Source of the DNA: Octopus sinensis
Lineage: Eukaryota
DNA length: 64,000 nucleotides
Direction of reading: 5' to 3'
Assembly (NCBI RefSeq): GCF_006345805.1
Contig: NW_021832122.1
Span: forward strand, 1 to 64,000
Below are positions 54,767-64,000 of the stretch, piece after piece. The notes below the pieces were generated by a model. That model searched no databases. It was not told the origin of the DNA and saw only the letters and a program-made list of their open reading frames with translations. How positions within the stretch are numbered: position 1 is the stretch's first letter; every line of letters starts with the position of its first letter. Both the position numbers and the translations under genes were made by a program.

Positions 54767-55263
54767 ATGAAACGTAGTGGGTTAGGTGGGGACCTTCTTA
54801 ATGATGTAAATACACAAATTCCCGTCTATTACAACAAGAAAAAGCCTGAAGTTGAACAAATAGACAAAATAATGTCCACTTTTTGGACTAATTCAAAAAA
54901 TTTGTTAAATTCTTTATCCGATGTATTCCCTCAATAATTACCGCCAGTCAGCTATTCGAGACCACGTTCTTCCATTGACTCGAGTCAAACGAATAATGAA
55001 AGTAGACAACAACTCCCGTGTAATCAGCTCAGAAGCCCCCGCGATTCTAGCCAAGGCCACAGAGTTGTTTATAACGGAAATAGCCAAGCGTGCTTGGTAC
55101 AACACTTGTTCTGATTCGCGGAGAACACTCCAAGTCAATTACTTTCATAATATGATAGTTGGTCGATGTTGTGGATGCAGCAAAACAATCAGAAATGTTT
55201 GACTTTCTGATTGACTTTATTCCTCAAAATCATGCAAAAAGAATTTTTAAAGGATTTTTTTGA
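54767..55263 (+). CDS. NFYC: Nuclear transcription factor Y subunit gamma (histone fold)
   Basis: HVLPLTRVKRIMKVD..VISSEAPAILAKATELFITEIAKRAW..RRTLQ|LVDVVDAAKQSEMFDFLIDFIP. Two 25-nt introns. Confidence 0.85.
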
Positions 55264-55557
55264 CTTTATTTTGAGAAAATAATTTTATTGCACACTTTAA
55301 GTTAAAATCATTTAATGGCAAATTCTCTGACTCTTATTTTTATTAGAAACGGCTTTATTAAAAAAACTACTTTTAGCTTTGTATGTAAAATTTATAGAAT
55401 TTTTTAAATAATTTTACTTCACGTTATCTGTGTAGGTTTTTTCCAAAAAGATGGTAGAATTTTGAGTTATTAAACATATTCAATGATTTATAAATATTGA
55501 AACTTGAATCGATACATATTGAATAAATTTTTGTTTCTTAGATACTTATTTAAATTG

Positions 55558-57244
55558 ATGTTTTCCAAAACTGTGAGAGATCCAAATGCAATTAAAGCAA
55601 TTTTGAACAAAATTGAAAATGATTCTGACGAAGAGCAGAATTCTTCACAAATAACAAAGATCCAAGATAAAAACGACCGTCTTTTCGACAGCCAGGAATC
55701 GGAAAATGACGAAAAATTAAAAGAATCTCTCGACAAATATTTAGTTGGTCGAAAACAAAAAGAACCGTCCACCAAATTTTATTTAGCGAAGACAAGTCTC
55801 CTCAACCAATTACAGAACCCAAACCTGCCGTCAACATTGATGCCACTAAAAATGACAATCTGATTAAACTATTAAAATCACGTGCTCAAATAGCAAATTC
55901 TCGTCTTCGTTCAAAAAAAAACGAAAGGTAAAGAAAGTCAAATTTCCTCTAAATTAAGTAGAGAGACAGAACTAAAAAATAAATCATCGGAATCCAATTT
56001 GCCAGAAAACATTATTTTTAAGACTGCTTCGAACACGAACGAGATCAAATCCGAAAACTGTGCTATCAAAACTTTAAATAATTCTGGGTCTGCCAATATC
56101 GGACATTCAATCTTAGAGAAATGAAATTGTCGGAAAAAGAGGTTATGAATGTTACTTATGAGGTGAATGCCGAAAATAAAGCTTTTGAAAAAACAAACAT
56201 TTGCAACAATTCAAAAAAAGAATTAAATACTACGTATGAAGTCAGTTTTGACAAAATTTCGAGTCAGATTGACAATATCCCAAAGTTTTTCAAATTCTAT
56301 ATTTTCAGAGAAAAATCTGAAATAAAAAAAGAAAAACTTCAGTCGAAAAAATTATTTTTTCTCAACGCCCCAAAATAGTTGTTAGTTAACCTTATTTTAG
56401 CAAAAAACCGAAAAAAGAAAAATGTCGATACAAGTCAGCTTATAAAATGCCAAAGCTCTCGGAAATCGACCACGATAGGATGAGTGACTACACATGTGCC
56501 AAAGATCTTGTGGACATGGCTTATTTGAGCTGGTATAAGCAGAAGACTATGGAATTGATCGAACAGAAAAAAGCCGACAAACTGGAGAAGGAAAACGAAC
56601 GAAATCAAGACTTTAAAGTGATTACTGAGATTTTAATCTTATTTAAATTTAGAAAAAAACCGAATTAGAAATGTCGTCGAAACTGGCCTTCAGTGCATGG
56701 AAAAAAAGTCGCGACCAAGAACTCAAAGTTCGTCAAAAAGAAAACAAGCTAGAAAAGCAAAAACGAGAAGAACAAAATTTAAAAAAGCTAGAAAATGAAA
56801 AAAAAGCCGAAAAAGTATAAAATTATAATTAAAATCAGAGTTTCTCGGCTTGGCTCGACAAAAAAATAAAATGTAAAAAATCCACAAAAAAAGAAATTGT
56901 TGATAAAAAACCTGTAAAAACTAAAGAAGAAATTCAAATCTTAGAAAAGAAAAAAACTGAAATGTAATTTAATAAAACTAAATCAATCATTTAGGGAAAA
57001 AAGGTGGAAAGAAAAGCAGCTATCAAATAAAAAATTAGAATCTCAAAGTAAAGAAGAAAAGTTAGCAGCCGAAAGGCAGAAATTAAGAAAAGAAATGGAA
57101 GCACAAAAACTCTATGAAGATTGGGTAGAAAGAAAGGTTTATTTAATTTAGCATTTTAAGGAACAAACAAAAAATCACAAAAAATCCACATTAAGCTTAG
57201 GTCCGTGGATACCACCTAAAAAAATCATTCCATGTAATAAATGA
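55558..57244 (+). CDS. MAP9/ASAP-like microtubule-associated coiled-coil protein
   Basis: Repeated A(Y/F)xxW motifs (AYLSWYKQK, AFSAWKKSR, FSAWLDKK, LYEDWVERK) and a C-terminal PWIPP like MAP9 PWSPP. CCDC34-like is an alternative. Confidence 0.55.
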
Positions 57245-57347
57245 AGGATTTTAATTTATTTATCAAATTTCGAATATCAATAAATTTCTGTTAATTTTAA
57301 AATTGTTATAACCGATATTTTAAAATATTTATTAAATATTTAAAATA

Positions 57348-58168
57348 ATGCCTTCGCTACGCCTTCTCGTTGAGCCGTTATCTTTTTTATCAAAAAGAAC
57401 TATTTTTTATAAAATAATCTTTTAGATTCTATTCCAAAATTTAATTTTCATGAAAGGAAAACATTCAACTATAAACCTCCAGAAAATTTAGACTGTAATA
57501 ACATTAATAACCGAAAACCTCAGGGGTCGTTTTCCCTGAGAGACCAAAATTAAAAATACTCGAAAAAACTCCAAATTTCACTCATTTTCGCCCCCAAAGG
57601 ACCACCAAAAAACTTATAGATATTCGGGGACCAGAGGAATTCCACACCGAACTAATTCACAAACAATTCGGAATTCAAGTTTTTTTCATTAAAAATAATT
57701 TTCCAGATTCTTCGTGGTGGATATCTTTCTTTTAAACACCTCGAAAGGATCAGACTTCTTGTAAATAAATTTGTCGACGATGGAAAAAAATATTTTGCAG
57801 TTTGGCGAATAGACCCTCCGTGGAAGCCAATCACTGCAAGAGCCAAAGGAAAGAGAATGGGAGGCGGAAAGGGACCAATATCTGAATATGTTGTCCCAGT
57901 GAAGGCTGATAGGATTCTGCTTGAAATGGGAGGATATTGCGAGTTCTTTCACGTGGAAAGACTTTTGAAGACTTTGGCTTCCACTGCACCGATGAAAGCC
58001 AGGGCTGTCAGTTATGAAATGTTGATGGAAGAACGGAAGGCTCGTGAGAACGTGGAATCTCAGAACCTTAATATATTCACAATGGACTACTGTATTAAGA
58101 ATAATATGGCTGGGTGTCATGAATGGCTGTCCCGATACGAGTATGATTGGGGAGGAAAATATCTTTAA
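57348..58168 (+). CDS. MRPL16: Mitochondrial ribosomal protein uL16m; 5' end uncertain
   Basis: PERPKLKILEKTP..DIRGPEE..GGYLSFKH..WRIDPPWKPIT..RMGGGKGPISEYVVPVKADRILLEMGG, metazoan-type sequence. Confidence 0.93.
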
Positions 58169-58743
58169 TGTCGACTCTAAATTGTTGTTAATAATTGTAT
58201 TTAATATTTTTTGGATGGTTAAGAGATTTTGTGGAATTGCCACTTTGCTGTTTTTTTGTTTTTGCCATTGACGCTTCAGAGGCAGATGATGATTTCAAAA
58301 GCATTGGGAAGTGCCTTATTAAAGATGGAGAGGGTATGATCGACTCGGAATATTACGAAATGGAAAAATATGGTCAGGGATCTCATCTGCACATGCTTTG
58401 TCATGACTAGGGCAACCAATTGCAATTTTTTGCAATTAAATATAATTTAATTAAAATTCGATAAATAATAAAGTAATGAATAGACATTAATTTTAATTAT
58501 ATTTTTATTCGATTTAAATTTGCAATTTTTTGCAATTTTTTGTAGTCATTTTACAATTTTTTGCAATTTTTTTAAATTAAAAAAAAATTTTTTTATTAAA
58601 AAATAATATAATTATAAGTAAAAGATTATTAAAACGTGTTTTAGTTGTTTGTTGTAATGGGTAAAAGGACAGTGTCACAGAAAATTTCATTTTATGCAAA
58701 GAAATTCCCCGAGTTTGTTATTGACAGTGAAGGGAATTTATTT

Positions 58744-60805
58744 GGCGATATCGTGTTTTAGCGTCTTAAAATCATAAGGGACCAATTTTGATTAGAAATC
58801 GCAAATAAATTAATATTATTATATTATTTTTAAAAATTATTATAATTATCAAAATAATTATTATCTGCAACGCTTTAACAGTATTTTTATATTTTAGAAC
58901 ATTTTTCGCATTACACCATCAGGCCCAACGATCAGATGGGGAGATTGTTGAAGGTCTTTTAGTTACTGTAATCACAGCATCCAAACAACACCACGTGAAG
59001 GTGACCCACATCGTTGTTTCTGGAAAAAATCTGTTATCATTCCAATTCTGAAGCCCAACAAAGACCCCTGCGACCCCGCCTCGTTCAGGCCAATCTCACT
59101 CATCTCTGTCGTATCAAAAATCCTCGAAAAATTTGTCCTGAATTCAATCTACCCTTTCCTCACTCTATCAAAGTCACAGCATGGCTTCCGTCCGCAGCAC
59201 TCGACAACTACACACCTATCTTATCTAACAAGATTCATCGCAGACGGATTTAATAACTACTCCCCTCCCCATCGAACTATCCTGGCATCAATTGATATCA
59301 GTAAGGCTTTTGACCGAACTTCACGACATGTCCTGAGCTCAAAAATTCACTCTTCTCCTATTCCCCATCATCTGAAAATCTGGCTGTGTAGCTTCTTATC
59401 TGGTAGACTGGCTCAGACAAAATTCGGGTCAAAAAACTCCCGATTCCGCTACTTACCTAATGGGGTCCCAGCTCTCTTCAATCTACACCTCAGTGATATG
59501 CCTACTAATTCGGAAACATTACTCCTCTCGTACGCTGACGACATAGTGATTGCTTCAAGAAACAATTCCATCAAAGCTGCAACAAACTCACTCCAAACTC
59601 ATCTAAACTCTCTGACCAAATGGCTAGGATCTAACCATATGACTCCTTCTGCGTCCAAATCGTCCATCACTGTTTTTACATCTGATAAAAGACAATTCAA
59701 CCTAAACCCAGTCCTCTATGTGGCCGGCGAAATAATTCCTGTCATAAAAAACCCGAAAATCCTTGGAGTCGTATTCGATCAATGCCTATCTTTCACGCAA
59801 CACGTGGAGCTCATTTCCACCAAGCCAAACGAAAACTGAATGCACTACGTGCCTTATCTGGACAAACTTACGGCCAAGCCAAAGAATATCTCACTTTGGT
59901 TTACAAACAATTTGTCAGAACATCTATGAACTATGCTAGTCCAGCATGGTCATGGAACTTGTCTCATTCAAACCTCCAAAAACTCCAAAGAATCCAAAAC
60001 TCAGGCTACGCACAATAACTGGCTGTCTTGCATCCACTCCCATCGATCATCTTCATTGGGAGTCCTGCATCCTTCCGGTCGATGACCATTTGACGATGAG
60101 AGGACTCCAATTCCTACAGGAAATACAAGATTCTTCTCATCCAAGTCACAAAATCTCTATTCCAGAAAACAAAAGACACATCATTTCTACTCTGGCCGAT
60201 CAATGTAGATGTCTATCGAAAAGCAAATTTTGGACTATATCTATTTTTGGGCACTCAACTCAGAAACGATTATCTGCAGCAAAGAATCTCGATCAGACTT
60301 AAAAAAACATCAATTGATTGGGGAAACTTTTTACGTGATGTATGCGTAAAGTGGGTCGAGGACCATCCTTGTTCTCTCGGTGGAATTAATTCAGAAACTA
60401 TGTTGCCAATTGTCGTAGAAGTGGATGAAACAAAATATTTTCATCGAAAATACGCAAGAGGTACCTGGCACGAAGGGCATTGGGTTGTTGGTGGAAAAGA
60501 GAGGGGCAACCCTAGGAATATTTTTCTGGTCGAAGTTCCTGATCGGAGTCGAGACACGTTAATAACTATTAATTCTCAGTATCTTTTGTCTTAATAATTC
60601 GAGTTTTTCACTGTTTTCATGTTTTACTAAGTTGCTGTAAAAAATGTAGTTTTAAAAAAATTTTAATTTAGGGTTGCCACAGTATTGTACATATAAATTT
60701 AATTATAATAATTTTTAAAAAATAGTATAATAATATTAATTTATTTACGATTTCTAATCAAAATTGGTCCCTTATGATTTTAAGACGCTAAAACACGATA
60801 TCGCC
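58744..60805 (+). mobile_element. Merlin (IS1016-like) DNA transposon, partial, with long TIRs
   Basis: TIR GGCGATATCGTGTTTTAGCGTCTTAAAATCATAAGGGACC..; 8-bp TSD ATTTATTT at 58736-43 and 60806-13. Transposase VEVDETKYFHRKYARG..WVVGGKERG..LVEVPDRSRDTL. Confidence 0.9.
58900..60210 (+). mobile_element. LINE RT remnant nested in the Merlin
   Basis: IDISKAFD, GVP, SYADD, LGVVFD and LRTITGCL..DHLH.E..ILP motifs with frameshifts. Confidence 0.85.
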
Positions 60806-61539
60806 ATTTATTTTGCTCCAATTGCTCAACTGTTGTACGGTGTGACACAAAATTTTTTGTTGATGCGCACCGTTCTTCAAAAAAACATTTAAAAGCACAC
60901 AGTATTTCTTTGAATTTAAATTTATAGAATGGACAAATTCATCTCAGAGTTCACAAACATTTCTTTCGGCGATCTAAACACCCTAGACTTTACATCAGAT
61001 CCATGCGACATAAAATCCTATATATCAAAAAAGCTTGAGAAATCAGGAATACTAAGTATTCTTGAATTCTCAAATAAGAATCTATCGCCAGAAGTTTATT
61101 CACATCTCAGAAAATGTAGCGCAAGTTCAGCATCTATCGAAAGGGCAATATCTCTTTTGACGAAAATTCTTAGTAAAGAGAGGAACTTTAAACCTGAAAA
61201 TGTTCAGGAATATTTGATTTCCTATTACAATAAATAATTTCGTTAATTTTTTGCATAATGTAATGTTTACAATTAAAAAAAATTATTTTTGCAATTTTTT
61301 ACAATTTTTAAAATTCATTTTTGCAATTTTTTTTATTAAAAAGTGCAATTTTTTGGTTGCCCTAGTCATGACCAATGACATCGCGCTTATTAACGAGACA
61401 TGACGTAAAATGCTTTTTTTCCAAACATTGAAAAAGACTAAACTCATCAATTCATTAATATAAAAAAACACGCATTTAAAAAGAGGTTGACTTTTACATA
61501 GAATTTTGTTTTCGATCCTTATAGGATACTTCCATAGTA

Positions 61540-62130
61540 CAGTCCGACCCCCAAATGGGACACCAAGTGCCCCAAAATGCGAAGGTGTACCAAAACAGAG
61601 GTTTGTTATTATTTATTAAATTAAACCAATAATAAACATCAAATAACATTTTTACCAAAATAATCAGTTATTTTAATCTTAGTTTTAGAGTTTTGTCGGA
61701 TATTATTCGTCAATTTTAGTTGAAAATCGTAAAAATCTGGGAACATTTTTGGTGCAACACGTGAAATTTTTTTCTAAAATATTAAGGAAATTTTTTTTCC
61801 ACTACAATATTTTCAAAATTCTCAGTTTCCGAACATCCATTAAGATATAATTGTGGAATTTTTCTTTATCACCGTTAAATGTCTCATAAAGCTTTGAACT
61901 AGTATTGTCGGTGTGTAAGAAAGGCACAATATTTTGTTTGATTCTCGAAATAGTTTATTTATCTTGTACTTATGCGATTAGTTGCCTCTCAGAAAAATTT
62001 TTCCTCAAAATTTTTTTAGCAGTGTTTCATTTAGTTTCGTAATTTATAACCACGACAAAAACTGAAAATTTTCATGATTTTTATTGATTTTTCATTTTAT
62101 TCTACTAAAGTTTTGATTAAAAAATGCCCC
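61540..62130 (-). mobile_element. Decayed second copy of the pogo-like element
   Basis: TA-CAGTCCGACCCCCAAATGGGACACCAAGTGCCCC, with internal homology to 22624-23800; far end not recognisable. Confidence 0.75.
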
Positions 62131-62279
62131 AGAACCCGAATGTGCTTGTTTCGTCATAATACGCGAAAATTACAATACTACTGTTTATTCTTTTCCAAAA
62201 ACTGTTTCCGAAGAATGTTGGCTTTAATTACTATGGGTGATTTGAAATTAAAAATAACAGAATCAATACAGCCCCTTTG

Positions 62280-62483
62280 GCTGAAGCTTAAGCTATGGAT
62301 AGTGGATCTGGACAATGCCTACCAAAAAAAAACTTATAGAACTCTGACCTTGGGACATCGTCGTCTCAGTCCGATCATTGTGGGCAGACTCGAACCTTTC
62401 AGAAAGATCTACTTCGCTTGCATGAATCGGGGATCACGGGGATTATAATTAACTGGCTTACCCTGGTCTTTTGGTCGATAAAA
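62280..62483 (+). mobile_element. tRNA-derived SINE, copy 3, with an internal deletion removing the B box and central body
   Basis: Head GCTGAAGCTTAAGCTATGGATAGTGGATCTGGACA joined to ATGCCTACC.. and the family 3' part. Confidence 0.8.
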
Positions 62484-62675
62484 ATTAATTAAATTATCGG
62501 GGTTACTATAAGATTTGGAATAAAAAATACGAAATTCAAAAAATCTTAATCGATGACTGTCATTTTTATCCAAAACCGCCAATCGGAAAAATAAAAATTT
62601 TAATACCGACTGGACTTTCTACCATTTTAATTAACATTAATGATCTATTTATTGATAAAATTTCATATAATTTGA

Positions 62676-64000
62676 TTATTGAGAACATGCGTTAGCTAGT
62701 GATCTTAGCGTAAAGTCAATTTTTTGATCGTTTTGTATAATCCGAGCTCTGGTTTTTTGCATTTCAGTTTCGAGTCTGCTAATTTCTTCTTTTAGTGATT
62801 TTTGATTTTGAATGCAAAGTAGATCATCAGTTTCAAAACCTTGGTCTTCGATATTAGAGACCGCATATGATAGCTTTTCGTCTTCTTCTCTAAGCATTTC
62901 CAATTCCTGCACAACAGAGGCGAGGTCCTCATGTTGGTGACTAAAATCAAAGAGCTTTAGACGAGTTAAAAAAGTCGACAGACCTTGGCCATCTGATTTA
63001 CTTCTGTCGTCATTTTTTGAACTGAGTCCCGAAGGTTTTTAATTTCAATGACGTCTTTTTCGTTGGCAACAAATTTTTTTTTGGTGATGATTTCTCCACC
63101 AGAAAATTCTTCCTTAGACTTTAGCAATTTTTTTACGAGTCCTCCTAATTAGATGAACTTTAGAGGACATCAAACCTTCTTCTATCAAATCGCTATCGTT
63201 TTTGAAATGATTTTCTTGCTCGACTATTTTTTCCTGAACAAGAAAGTCCTCATCTGAGGATTGTTCTATCTCAACAGTAGTCACTGGGCTGGCTGAGGAG
63301 GTTCCCTTCATTAAGTTAAAACTCAAAGCAAAACTCTTCTGCATATTGGGATGATTTTGTGGGAGGCCTACGTCGAGTTGTCACCGGTCGTTGTGGCAAA
63401 GATTTTTCATTTTCAATTTCTGGAGGTTTTTTGGAAATTGATTCTTTTTTAACAACTATTTCTTTACCTAAATTTGGTTTTAAGTTACTTTTTACCATCA
63501 TCGATGATAACTGGTTCGTTAGGAGTTCGTTGCTTATCGGCCTTGGCAGAAAGAGGCCTTTTAAGTTTTTTATTTGACATTTCTTGGTTTTTGAGAACAT
63601 CATTTTCCAACAGGGGACTGGGGTCATTAGATTCTTGAATTTTGGGACGATCAAATGATTTTTCGTTATTTTTTGTTATTTGAGGATGCTCAATTGGCTT
63701 TTCATTGAAACTAACAAGAACTTGATTTACGATTTCCTCATCTTTGTACTTCAATTTTTATAGTCCAAGTAAAAACCATTTTTTTCTTTGCGATTTGAGC
63801 AAGTTTTTGTAATAAAATATTTGTTTTTTCAGCTTCTAAACCTGCTATAATTTTTGAGGGTTTAACATCTATTTTTGAGTCGCTTGCCAAAGCTATAAAT
63901 TATAAAAATTATTGGATTCGAACATATAAATTCAATTAACTTTGACAAATATCTGACTCGAGATTCCTTGTCCTAAATTATGAAATATTGAGGGTTTTGT
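62676..64000 (-). CDS. TRAF3IP1: IFT54/TRAF3IP1 (MIP-T3); start lies beyond the window
   Basis: DKESRVRYLSKLIEFI|SLASDSKIDVKPSKIIAGLEAEKTNILLQ (compare KPARIVAGHEPERTNELLQ) and C-terminal RARIIQNDQKIDFTL (compare KANILKNEEKIQKMV). Confidence 0.8.

Larger units (their letters stand above)
58408..61364 (+). mobile_element. Internally deleted hAT element hosting a Merlin and a LINE
   Basis: TIR TAGGGCAACC; 8-bp TSD GTCATGAC at 58400-07 and 61365-72. Zn-finger LFCSNC..H..H is rejoined across the Merlin; C-terminus ASSASIERAIS. Confidence 0.88.

Noticed and set aside
60669-60679. TAGGGTTGCCA, a hAT-like terminus inside the Merlin
   Set aside because: No partner inverted repeat or TSD was found.

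Overview
AT-rich nuclear DNA from an animal with a very compact gene architecture. About 19 protein-coding genes are split by ultra-short GT-AG introns (mostly 22-29 nt, traced by hand) and interleaved with many nested transposable elements. Recognisable genes: RPP30, ECHS1, EXOSC2/RRP4, PSMB1, a ZIP8/14-type zinc transporter, CEP164, DPY30, TDH, PLK1, a divergent SLC1 transporter, FKBP8, NFYC, MAP9-like, MRPL16 and TRAF3IP1/IFT54. Metazoan-type MRPL16 and ZIP, cilium genes and roughly 25-nt introns suggest a ciliated, genome-reduced animal such as a dicyemid or orthonectid; this is inference and was not verified. Mobile DNA includes at least 8 CRE-clade (RLE) non-LTR retroelement copies, APE-type LINE remnants, a tRNA-derived SINE family (3 copies), Ginger2-type integrase DNA transposons (TGT...ACA ends, 5-bp TSDs), and Tc1, pogo, hAT and Merlin elements, with nesting up to three levels. 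There is also a 42-bp minisatellite and a telomere-like repeat. Most notable observations: (1) an SLC1 transporter lacking the Na+-site residues but keeping the substrate-binding residues; (2) an FKBP8 with a large acidic N-terminus carrying seven LIR-like repeats; (3) operon-like co-oriented gene runs; (4) a conserved nuclear-receptor-type TCAAGGTCA box in the TIRs of three Ginger subfamilies; (5) dispersed, recently active CRE elements.
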